Made by a program: the position numbers and the translations under genes. Below the pieces are notes generated by a model. It made no database searches. It saw only the letters and a program-made list of their open reading frames with translations, and had not been told where the DNA came from. Shown here piece after piece: positions 1-7,914 of a stretch of DNA of 63,459 nt. Numbering within the stretch: position 1 is the stretch's first letter; each line of letters opens with the position of its first letter. This DNA is from an uncultured virus (IMG/VR IMGVR_UViG_3300027581_000001) (lineage: Duplodnaviria > Heunggongvirae > Uroviricota > Caudoviricetes > Kyanoviridae): IMG/VR virus record IMGVR_UViG_3300027581_000001; one strand, written 5' to 3'.

Positions 1-754
1 ATAACTCAAGGTAATCCAACTGAGTCAAACCACCGACATCAAATGTAGTATGCTTACGACCAGTAATGTAAAGTTCTTTCTCAGTAACCAATCCCCAATT
101 AGAGAATCTTTTCATTAACTTTTCACCAAGAACACGATTTAATCGTTTGCAGATGTATGGGATATCATAAAGTTGAATATTCCATCCTGTGACTACATCA
201 GGAACATCAGTCATCCAATAGTTAATAAAATGATTGAGAAGTTCATATTCACTCGGACAATGATGATAAGTTACATCAGCACGAATATTGTTAAATGGTT
301 TAACTCCCCAAGTAATAATCTTTTTAGTTGTATAATCCTGAATAGAGATTGCAAGAATTTCTTCAATACAAGATTCTACGTCAGGAAATCCAGACTCGGA
401 CCCAACCTCAATGTCCAAAGTTACAAGTTTGATTTTTCTGATATCAAACTTAATCTCATCTTCAGGATACTTCTCTGAAATATATTGATAAACATACCGA
501 TCATTCCCGTAGATATCAAACCCATCTACATTCTCATACTTTTTATAAAACTCACGACAATCTCGAACTGTTCCTGGTCTTATTGGTTCTACATTTTCAC
601 CACTTAAGTTTTTATACTTTGATTCCTTTTTACTATTTACATATAGTGTTGGAAAAAACTCATCTCTGTTTTCAAATCTTTTACCATTCTCTACACCACG
701 AATCAGAAACTGATTCCCTATCAATTGAACATTAGTATAAAAGGTTTGACTCAT
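1..754 (-). CDS. gp43: DNA polymerase (family B, T4 gp43-like), 5' part; runs off the window start
   Basis: Not in the ORF track. Manual translation from the ATG at 754 gives MSQTFYTNVQLIGNQFLIRGVENGKRFENRDEFFPTLY..., with exonuclease-type motifs LDIEV and ITGWNIQLYDIPYI. The ATG overlaps the upstream stop (ATGA). Position after regA/hsp20 is typical. Confidence 0.93.
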   Translation of the reverse strand, partial: MSQTFYTNVQLIGNQFLIRGVENGKRFENRDEFFPTLYVNSKKESKYKNLSGENVEPIRPGTVRDCREFYKKYENVDGFDIYGNDRYVYQYISEKYPEDEIKFDIRKIKLVTLDIEVGSESGFPDVESCIEEILAISIQDYTTKKIITWGVKPFNNIRADVTYHHCPSEYELLNHFINYWMTDVPDVVTGWNIQLYDIPYICKRLNRVLGEKLMKRFSNWGLVTEKELYITGRKHTTFDVGGLTQLDYLEL

Positions 755-1011
755 TCTTTGGTAAGGTCCTGGTATTTTTCAAGAAGTGTTGGCGTGGGAT
801 TTACAAGTGTTAGAATTTTTTCAGAACTCATCATACAAGTATCCTCTTTTGTGTATCCAATTAAAAATGGTTCTAAAGTTTGATCTTTGGAGACTACAAA
901 TGGTTTTACTAACTTACAATCTGGTTCTCCAATATCGGCACCAACCTCCTCAATCTGTGAGACCAATATCTGGTTGTTCGTCAGAACTAACACTTTGATT
1001 ATCTTTTCCAT
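751..1011 (-). CDS. Conserved phage hypothetical protein (86 aa)
   Basis: ORF track; translationally coupled to gp43; resembles the adjacent ORF (K-L/V-L-x-L N-terminus, P-F/W motif). Confidence 0.75.
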   Translation of the reverse strand: MEKIIKVLVLTNNQILVSQIEEVGADIGEPDCKLVKPFVVSKDQTLEPFLIGYTKEDTCMMSSEKILTLVNPTPTLLEKYQDLTKE

Positions 1012-1333
1012 AGTTTACAACATCATCAATGTACATTTGTTTTAATTTTTGTGTTGGAGTTACAATCGTAACAACCCAATCAGCAGGAACAGGTATTTCT
1101 TCATCAGTAGTCAAAGGCATCCAAGGATGAAGTTGAACTTGATATCCCACTTTTTGAGGACCTTTATCTTTATTCTCTTCTGTGACAAGATTTGGAGATT
1201 GCATCTTTACAATACAAGGTCGGTTTAAATAATATCCAACGACTCGTTTTTCCTCATCTTCTCCAAAAACCATTTCCTTAATATCTGAAATTAAGTCTTC
1301 TCCTGACTTAAGAAGCATCAGTTTAATCGTCAT
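950..1333 (-). CDS. Conserved phage hypothetical protein (MTIKLMLLKSGEDLI...)
   Basis: ORF track 950..1366; the ATG at 1333, preceded by GGGAG, is the more plausible start. Confidence 0.75.
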   Translation of the reverse strand: MTIKLMLLKSGEDLISDIKEMVFGEDEEKRVVGYYLNRPCIVKMQSPNLVTEENKDKGPQKVGYQVQLHPWMPLTTDEEIPVPADWVVTIVTPTQKLKQMYIDDVVNYGKDNQSVSSDEQPDIGLTD

Positions 1334-1363
1334 AGTTCTCCCATACCTCAGTGAATTATAGCA

Positions 1364-1408
1364 CAAAAAAAGGGGAGGTGCAACTGGATTTTACCAGTTA
1401 CCTCCCTG
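1364..1408 (-). terminator. Rho-independent terminator downstream of hsp20
   Basis: Minus strand GGGAGGT-AACTGG-taaaat-CCAGTT-gc-ACCTCCC followed by C and a T7 run. Confidence 0.85.
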
Positions 1409-1436
1409 CAGCAACGATAGTTTAGCTCATTGTTAT

Positions 1437-1871
1437 TTAGAGATAATCTTTTCTCTTATGTGATTCTGGAACGATTCTTCCCAAAATTACTGTAAGTAAT
1501 CCGTCTTCAAAATTTACAGAAGAGACTTCTGTATCATCAGCAAGAGTCCAGGTTCTGGTAAAACTTCTTTGTGCTAAACCTTTATGTAAATAATTTGTGT
1601 CAGTTTCTTTATCTTCTTTTTGACCTTCAATAAAAAGTTTTCCATCTTGTGTATAAACAAGAACTTCTTTTTTAGAAAATCCAGCAAGTGCGAGTTCTAA
1701 CCTTGACTCTACACTACTGATTTGAACTAGATTATATGGAGGATAATTTGAAGTTGTTTCGTGAAGGTTAAATAGACGATCAAAATATTCGTCCATTCCA
1801 ATACTATTACGAGTAATCCTATCCATCAGGGCAGGAAGGTCAGCAGATGTGTACCTAGAAAGATTAGTCAT
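1437..1871 (-). CDS. hsp20: Small heat-shock protein Hsp20 (IbpA-like)
   Basis: YPPYN, ELALAGF, YLHKGLAQRSF and FEDGLL alpha-crystallin motifs. Confidence 0.95.
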   Translation of the reverse strand: MTNLSRYTSADLPALMDRITRNSIGMDEYFDRLFNLHETTSNYPPYNLVQISSVESRLELALAGFSKKEVLVYTQDGKLFIEGQKEDKETDTNYLHKGLAQRSFTRTWTLADDTEVSSVNFEDGLLTVILGRIVPESHKRKDYL

Positions 1872-1940
1872 GTTTTGCTCCTTAGAAAGCGAGATTTGAT
1901 AGTGCGAACCCTTACGGCATTCACAATACTAATTATAACA
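1872..1940 (-). promoter_or_regulatory. hsp20 extended -10 promoter and structured 5' leader (ROSE-like)
   Basis: TGtTATAAT at 1940-1932; a GTAA-loop hairpin; CTCGCTT-tct-AAGGAG pairs over the Shine-Dalgarno. Confidence 0.6.
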
Positions 1941-1948
1941 GAAAGCAT

Positions 1949-1972
1949 AAAAAAGGGAGTGTGGAACTCCCT
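1949..1972 (-). terminator. Rho-independent terminator after regA
   Basis: GGGAGT-tccac-ACTCCC-TTTTTT on the minus strand. Confidence 0.85.
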
Positions 1973-1978
1973 ACTTTA

Positions 1979-2419
1979 TTATTCGGTTTCTGCTGCTTTT
2001 ACTTTTTTACCAATATTATATTTCTGTTCTAAAATCCATTCTTCTTTATCTTTATATGCCAAAACTTTGATTTGATTGAGTGGGGCAATATCAACAACTT
2101 CATCTGGATTTACAACAGATAATAGTCCCCAATCTAAAAGAAGACGAACAATACGATTACGTCTTTGAACATCGTTTACAGTTAGATTAGCATGTTTACC
2201 ATCCAGAGCAAATAACTCTTTAAAGTGAACAATATAATATCTACCTTGCTTATGTAGAATGTGACAAGATTGATAAAGTTTTTTTTCTTTACGTGATGCT
2301 ACTCCTATACGTGTCAAAGTCTCACGAACTTTAAGAAAATCATCTGGTTCATTTAATAGAACCTCAATCATCATACTTGGTGTCCACTGTACTTGTGGTT
2401 CAATTGTTTGATCAATCAT
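1979..2419 (-). CDS. regA: Translational repressor RegA
   Basis: DDFLKVRETLTRIGVASRKEKKLYQSCHILHKQGRYYIVHFKELFALDG is the RegA signature. Confidence 0.96.
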   Translation of the reverse strand: MIDQTIEPQVQWTPSMMIEVLLNEPDDFLKVRETLTRIGVASRKEKKLYQSCHILHKQGRYYIVHFKELFALDGKHANLTVNDVQRRNRIVRLLLDWGLLSVVNPDEVVDIAPLNQIKVLAYKDKEEWILEQKYNIGKKVKAAETE

Positions 2420-2802
2420 TTCATTCCGCCAATTTCAAGTCGTTTTTTTATAAAGTCAATGTGAGATTTATTTAGAATTTTAAGTGCTTGAGACGCTTTC
2501 TCATTACTATAACCATAGTATTTTTTGACGCACTCTAAATCATTCACCTTATCTTTTCTGAGCCAGGGAGAGAATCTCTTCTTTTTCCTCAAACTATTTA
2601 GATAAAAGGAATATTGCATATCTTTTTCTAAAGAATGATGAAGATTCATTTCATTTGCATATAAAATACAATCAATATGCCCAGACAAACATTTGTTAAT
2701 GATATAAGGTTGGTAATCTTTCTTTAGGGTTTCATCTTGTTCTATTATATTTTCTTTGGTAAAGTTAATAGAGTTCAACCAATCTTTTAGTTCAGTCATC
2801 AA
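2416..2802 (-). CDS. gp62: Clamp loader small subunit
   Basis: YIINKCLS...ANEMN...RKKKRFSPW...VKKYYGYS; lies next to regA. Confidence 0.92.
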   Translation of the reverse strand: MMTELKDWLNSINFTKENIIEQDETLKKDYQPYIINKCLSGHIDCILYANEMNLHHSLEKDMQYSFYLNSLRKKKRFSPWLRKDKVNDLECVKKYYGYSNEKASQALKILNKSHIDFIKKRLEIGGMK

Positions 2803-3754
2803 TTAGACCCTCACTCTTCAATCTATCATAATTATAGCATCCATCAAAACTAAATTGAATTTTTGAATTTTTGTCATAAAACTCCTCTAATGGTCCTACT
2901 TTTTCAGTTGGATAATTCGTCACTAAAAGTTCTACTTTTACATTATCTTCAGTACCTTTTTCTCCACGATGTGCCATAGAGTATCGCAATTTCCATTCAC
3001 GAAGATAATAATCCTTATAGAACTCAAGAAGTTTTTCATTTACATTATAGGTAATCATAAACTTATGAGGACATTTATATACATTCGTTGCAAAAATATC
3101 GTGGTCAAATGATTTGTGCATCTCACGATTTTTTCCATATAAGAAATCTTTAATATCATATGGTGGATCTAAGAAAACAAACACATTATCTCCATCGGCA
3201 TTCATTAACTCAGAGTAATCAATATTTGTAATCTTCCAATTTTTTGTTAGTTTTGAGTATTCTTTCAGTTTTTCAATTCCAACAAATGAAAAATTAGAAC
3301 GAGCAGCAGTTGGTGAAAATGTACTGTTTTCAGTCAAACCAGAAAAACTACATTTATTAAGAATGAAGAAACTTACTGCTCTTTCTAATCCATCTTGATT
3401 ATTAATGTCTATTCTAGTTTGGTTAAACAATTCTTTGTGCGACTCATCCTTTGCATTTTGAGTTCCAAAGTCAGATGCATTAGTTTTGATTTCTTTTAAT
3501 CTCTCAGATAGATTTTCTCCATTATCACGAAGTTGAATCCAAAAATTATAAAGTGGAACATACAAATCATTAATCCAAATAGGAACATCTGGATATGCCT
3601 GAGTTGTATAAAAAGCAACAGAACCACCACCAATAAATGGTTCACGATACTCCTTAAAGTTTTCTGGATACCAAGGAGCAAGAGTTTTTGTTGCTTTAGA
3701 TTTACCTCCAGGATAACGAAGACAAGTTTTTAAGGGAAAAGTTTTTACTTTCAT
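2792..3754 (-). CDS. dam: DNA adenine methyltransferase (Dam/D12 class)
   Basis: LRYPGGKS, EPFIGGGSV (SAM binding) and catalytic DPPY; start placed at the ATG overlapping the gp44 stop (the ORF track starts at 3760). Confidence 0.9.
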   Translation of the reverse strand: MKVKTFPLKTCLRYPGGKSKATKTLAPWYPENFKEYREPFIGGGSVAFYTTQAYPDVPIWINDLYVPLYNFWIQLRDNGENLSERLKEIKTNASDFGTQNAKDESHKELFNQTRIDINNQDGLERAVSFFILNKCSFSGLTENSTFSPTAARSNFSFVGIEKLKEYSKLTKNWKITNIDYSELMNADGDNVFVFLDPPYDIKDFLYGKNREMHKSFDHDIFATNVYKCPHKFMITYNVNEKLLEFYKDYYLREWKLRYSMAHRGEKGTEDNVKVELLVTNYPTEKVGPLEEFYDKNSKIQFSFDGCYNYDRLKSEGLIDD

Positions 3755-4707
3755 TTCCACTCACACTCGCACATAATTTCAGTTAGCGCGGCAAGAAGAT
3801 TAATCTCTTGGTCTGCTACAAAAGCAATCTGATACTGATACTTTGCGATAACTAAAACAGCAGCAGGAATAGATGCAGGAACAAGAGTATCATAAAGTGA
3901 ATCATAAACTCTACGAAGAATCATAGAGGCATCATTATCGAGATTAGAAACAACCCATTTGCGAACCTCTGTAAAGTTCTTCTCTTTTAGATACTTGATA
4001 AGGTCATTTACAGAAACATCAGAGAAGGATGCAAGAACACCTGCATCAATCTTCCCACTTGTTGAGTATCGTTGACACTCATTTAAGACTCGTCTGAAGT
4101 CTGGGAAGTGTTTGGTAATAAGTTCTGCAACGACTTTTTGATCATACTCAATGTTCTCCGCATCCAAGATGGTTTGTAAACGCTTGAAGAAGGATCCTGC
4201 CAACTGTATCTTTTGTTTCCCTTTGATTGTGAAGTCAACCACCGCACACCTGGAATGGAGGGGTTCAATGATTTTATTTTTGTAGTTGCAGGTGAAGATG
4301 AATCGGCAGTTACTATAAAATGCCTCAATATTCGCCCGTAGTAAGAGTTGTACGTCGTTGCCTGTGTTATCAGCTTCATCGATGATGATGACTTTGTGTC
4401 TGTCAGTTCCTTGAAGTGAAACGGTCGAAGCAAAGTTCTTTGCCTGGTTTCGTACTGTGTCCAGGAATCTTCCCTCATCAGATCCATTAATGACATAATA
4501 ATCTGCTCCTAATTCTTTACATAGTGCTTTTGCGATTGTAGTTTTGCCAATCCCAGGTGGACCTGCAAGAAGAAGATTGGGAATTTCTCCTTTCTCCACA
4601 AACTCTTTAAACGTTTTTTTAGTATCATCGGGAAGAATACAATCCTCAATTACTTGCGGTCTGTATTTTTCCACCCAAAGAAAATCACTTGCCATAATCA
4701 AATCCAA
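3751..4707 (-). CDS. gp44: Clamp loader large subunit (AAA+)
   Basis: LWVEKYRP, Walker A GPPGIGKT, IIIDEAD, SRC motif; true start probably MASDF at 4695. Confidence 0.96.
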   Translation of the reverse strand: MDLIMASDFLWVEKYRPQVIEDCILPDDTKKTFKEFVEKGEIPNLLLAGPPGIGKTTIAKALCKELGADYYVINGSDEGRFLDTVRNQAKNFASTVSLQGTDRHKVIIIDEADNTGNDVQLLLRANIEAFYSNCRFIFTCNYKNKIIEPLHSRCAVVDFTIKGKQKIQLAGSFFKRLQTILDAENIEYDQKVVAELITKHFPDFRRVLNECQRYSTSGKIDAGVLASFSDVSVNDLIKYLKEKNFTEVRKWVVSNLDNDASMILRRVYDSLYDTLVPASIPAAVLVIAKYQYQIAFVADQEINLLAALTEIMCECEWK

Positions 4708-5210
4708 TTCGGTTTACGATTGGGCACACGAAGGTAGTTATCCTTCACCCAAGGTTTGGAAGCAATGTACCTTTTATAAGCTGTAAAGGTATCAATGCTA
4801 TCATTATATTTCCATTCGTCGGGCATAGCACGAGCAAATGGAGTTACATTCGTCAACTTACCTTTGGGAAACAAATAGTAAGCATCTACAAGTGTCTTGT
4901 AGCATGAATGAGTTTTATTATACCTCAGGGTATACTCATCACACAAGTTCATTCCCCACTTGATTAACCAATAGGCATTATCAATTGTCTTTGCTGCCCA
5001 TTGAGTGCAAGGGTGATTACGGAAGGCACCCTTCTCTGTCTTGTAGGGAGTTCCATCGGTCTTGGGGAGAGTTCCATAGTTATACCCCCACTTCTCTGAT
5101 GCCACGATAGAGAGCATTTGACAGCACTCTAGAGGCATCTTGACTACATGTTTATCTGGAAGGCAGATAGCACTCTCTGCGGGGAACTCGGAAGTTACAA
5201 AGATGTTCAT
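4698..5210 (-). CDS. Pyrimidine-dimer DNA glycosylase / endonuclease V-like family protein
   Basis: MNIF...DKHVVKMPLE..QML and HPC..W pattern recalled for the DenV-related phage family. Confidence 0.65.
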   Translation of the reverse strand: MNIFVTSEFPAESAICLPDKHVVKMPLECCQMLSIVASEKWGYNYGTLPKTDGTPYKTEKGAFRNHPCTQWAAKTIDNAYWLIKWGMNLCDEYTLRYNKTHSCYKTLVDAYYLFPKGKLTNVTPFARAMPDEWKYNDSIDTFTAYKRYIASKPWVKDNYLRVPNRKPNWI

Positions 5211-5899
5211 CCAAAAGTAGAATCAGGTTCCAGAGCAATGTAGTAAGTTACAGCAAATCCTGTGTTATTAAACCGAGAAAGAAGTTTCTGTGAGATAACT
5301 ACTTCATATGAACCAGGAATGATTTTAATGTTCTCAACCTTAAAGTTAAAGGTAAACACATCAGTAGTCTCACCTACTACAATAGAGAAGTCATTAGAGG
5401 TGTCATTCTTTTTATCACGAACCACCAATTTCACTACACCTGCTTCACCAATCGCAGACAGATCAGGTAGTTGATATACAGCAGCAGCTTTCAGAAGTTT
5501 ATCCAGTTCTTTAGTATCAAGAACAAAGCAAACATCTTCAGAAGGAAGTGAGATGGATTTATCGGGAGGTATTACGATAACACTTGGATCAGCAAAGAAG
5601 TATTTGGAACGTGACCTGCCTTCTTTGATCATAACATAACTTTCATTTACAAAATCAAGTTCTGCATTCTGATGTAGATTGAGTCCATTCAAGAACTGGT
5701 TTAGATCATAGATAGCAAAGTCCTTGGGAAGTTCTTCTTCGATTGTTGCTTCTGCAAGAATGTTTTTCATCACAGAAATAGTACGAAGTGAACTGCCTTC
5801 TTTAAACAAAATCGATTGATTAATAGAAGAGAAGTTCTTGAGAAGAGTCAGAGTTTTGTCAGAGAGTTTCATAATTTGGGGTTTCAGTTTCATTGTCAT
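5207..5899 (-). CDS. gp45: DNA polymerase sliding clamp
   Basis: MKLS..TL.LLKNFSSINQSI, FAIYDLNQFL, YYIALE C-terminus. Confidence 0.95.
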   Translation of the reverse strand: MTMKLKPQIMKLSDKTLTLLKNFSSINQSILFKEGSSLRTISVMKNILAEATIEEELPKDFAIYDLNQFLNGLNLHQNAELDFVNESYVMIKEGRSRSKYFFADPSVIVIPPDKSISLPSEDVCFVLDTKELDKLLKAAAVYQLPDLSAIGEAGVVKLVVRDKKNDTSNDFSIVVGETTDVFTFNFKVENIKIIPGSYEVVISQKLLSRFNNTGFAVTYYIALEPDSTFG

Positions 5900-6567
5900 T
5901 GAGAATAAACTTCACGTTTTGCGTTCTTATCGTTGAAGTTCATTAGAAGCACAGCATAGTGCAGAATCTTCATAATGTCACGACGAGAAGTACCTTTCTT
6001 ATCATACCGTGAGGCATATTTGAGAATGTTGCTGCGGCAGAATGCTTCACCATCACCACAAGCTTCGATCAAATCCAGAGTTTGGATTTTGTCATCACCA
6101 GCAGAATAGTGTTGATTATATGTTCCACGAACATATTCTAGCAATTCTTTTACAATTTTATCCTCGTTATACTTCCAGGGGATTGCTGGAGAATTATTAG
6201 TTAGGTTAGGAGTAGTATCCATGTTAACAATATATGATGAATAAGGATATCCAATAAAACTGATGTGGTCGTCCCCCATTCCACCGGGAAGATGAGTGCC
6301 TCCAAATCCAGAGTGCGCCGCACAGGGATATTCATCAAAGTTAATATAATCCGTCCCTGTACTTCCGGAGATACTAGTATTCCCGAAAGTAATTACGTCT
6401 GGGGAAAGGTTACAAGGATTTCCGGTCATACTAATACCATCTTCTTCCCAAAAATCTTGATTGGGAATTGAACTTTTATAATTGGTTTCAAAGTTTTCAG
6501 TCATTTTTAATTCATTGTATAGGGACCATGCATTAGTCATTATATCAAGAAACCTCCACTTCGTCAA
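5896..6567 (-). CDS. DUF3310-like phage protein with long N-terminal extension
   Basis: C-terminal TYNQHY...GEAFCRSNILKYASRYDKKG...DIMKILHY; start uncertain. Confidence 0.7.
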   Translation of the reverse strand: MTKWRFLDIMTNAWSLYNELKMTENFETNYKSSIPNQDFWEEDGISMTGNPCNLSPDVITFGNTSISGSTGTDYINFDEYPCAAHSGFGGTHLPGGMGDDHISFIGYPYSSYIVNMDTTPNLTNNSPAIPWKYNEDKIVKELLEYVRGTYNQHYSAGDDKIQTLDLIEACGDGEAFCRSNILKYASRYDKKGTSRRDIMKILHYAVLLMNFNDKNAKREVYSQ

Positions 6568-7666
6568 CAGGCATCACAAAATCTACATCAATTTTGTCAT
6601 AGAGTTCCAGGAAGGATTGTTTGGTTTCATCATCAAAACGATTAACACATACTTGGATTGCCTTTGCTTTATCACCAAAGATAGCATAAGCGCGAACAAT
6701 GTGAACCAATCGACGAGTGCTGATGATTTCCTCAATACCACCATCATAGAAGGTTTTACGAATTACATCTGCCCAATCAACTAAACGTTTGCAGAAATCC
6801 TTATCTTGAACACCCAGATCCAGAGCAACACCTTCCAGAATTTTTTGCTCAACCGTAGGAACAGGATACGATTGCTCAAATGTCACAGGGAATCGTTCTA
6901 AGAATGCTTCATTAAGAACATTAGTTCCAATAAACCTCCCATCCTCACTACCTTTACCTTTTGTATTAGCAGTTGCAAATATATTAAATCCAGAAGTAGG
7001 TCTTACAAACTTACCAATCTTCTTTAAAAATACACCTTTACCTTCCAGAACAGATTGAAGGCAAAGTATTTTATTGGATGCTAAATCAACCTCATCAAGA
7101 AGTAGGATTGCTCCACGTTCGAGTGCTTCGATGACGGGTCCGTTGTGCCATACTGTCTCTCCATTAACAAGGCGAAAACCCCCAATAAGATCATCCTCAT
7201 CAGTTTCAACGGTAATATTAACACGAATTAATTCCCTCTTAAGTTGAGAACAAGCTTGCTCCACACTAATCGTTTTACCATTACCTGAAAGACCCGTGAT
7301 AAACGCAGGATAAAATATGCGGGACTGAATAATTTTTTTAATATCATTGAAGTTACCAAACTTGACGAAAGTATCATCTTTATCAGGAATAAGAGTTTGT
7401 TCCACGGCAGAGAGAGCAGCAGGAGACTGAAAAGTACGTTCGATTTCTTCCACCTTTTGTTGAGTAACTTCAAGATTCCATTTTCCACGACCGACTTTAA
7501 AGTTTTCAAGACGTTTTGTGGCAGTTTGGTATGAAATGTTTTTAGAGGCACAATAACCACGAACATCAGCAGCAACAAATTCTTTGCCAAAGGTGTTTTT
7601 AAGATCAGTTAGGATTTGATTGTCGGTCATTTTGGTGCGGATCATAACGTGAGTAATTTGTTTCAA
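6545..7666 (-). CDS. cobS: CobS-like MoxR AAA+ ATPase
   Basis: Walker A GLSGNGKT, LLLDEVD, ATANTKGKG and LNEAFLERF. Confidence 0.88.
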   Translation of the reverse strand: MKQITHVMIRTKMTDNQILTDLKNTFGKEFVAADVRGYCASKNISYQTATKRLENFKVGRGKWNLEVTQQKVEEIERTFQSPAALSAVEQTLIPDKDDTFVKFGNFNDIKKIIQSRIFYPAFITGLSGNGKTISVEQACSQLKRELIRVNITVETDEDDLIGGFRLVNGETVWHNGPVIEALERGAILLLDEVDLASNKILCLQSVLEGKGVFLKKIGKFVRPTSGFNIFATANTKGKGSEDGRFIGTNVLNEAFLERFPVTFEQSYPVPTVEQKILEGVALDLGVQDKDFCKRLVDWADVIRKTFYDGGIEEIISTRRLVHIVRAYAIFGDKAKAIQVCVNRFDDETKQSFLELYDKIDVDFVMPVDEVEVS

Positions 7667-7674
7667 CTGTAGTC

Positions 7675-7728
7675 ATTATAGAACAAAAAGGAGTGTTCCA
7701 AATTTCTGGATGGTCAGTTTGTCAACTG
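7675..7728 (-). promoter_or_regulatory. Putative early promoter: CAGTT-N4-AACTG dyad, 34 nt, TATAAT
   Basis: Directly visible upstream of cobS; the same architecture recurs at 10079-10132. Confidence 0.6.
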
Positions 7729-7899
7729 ATTTTTGTGTTCATCAAAGATTTGCCTACTTACGATCTTACCCCTATAACCGAGATAATACTTTTTTACAAA
7801 AGCACCAACACCCATCGCAGTAATCGCACTCTCACAGATTACCCATACTTCTTTTGTATCATACTTGACTAAGTGCTCAAGTGGAAATTTATTTTTCAT
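7714..7899 (-). CDS. Hypothetical protein (61 aa)
   Basis: ORF track; fills the gap; late-promoter-like TAATAAATA upstream. Confidence 0.6.
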   Translation of the reverse strand: MKNKFPLEHLVKYDTKEVWVICESAITAMGVGAFVKKYYLGYRGKIVSRQIFDEHKNQLTN

Positions 7900-7914
7900 T
7901 TTTCTAATTATTTA

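Noticed and set aside
173..478. 101-aa plus-strand ORF and the other short plus-strand ORFs in the track
   Set aside because: They lie opposite well-supported minus-strand core genes (here gp43) and show no recognisable motifs
4083..4496. 137-aa alternative-frame ORF inside gp44
   Set aside because: Fully nested in a conserved gene, with no motif or RBS; likely a codon-bias by-product
6545..7666. cobS as evidence of cobalamin biosynthesis
   Set aside because: No cobN or other cob genes in the window; the motifs support only a MoxR-type AAA+ ATPase
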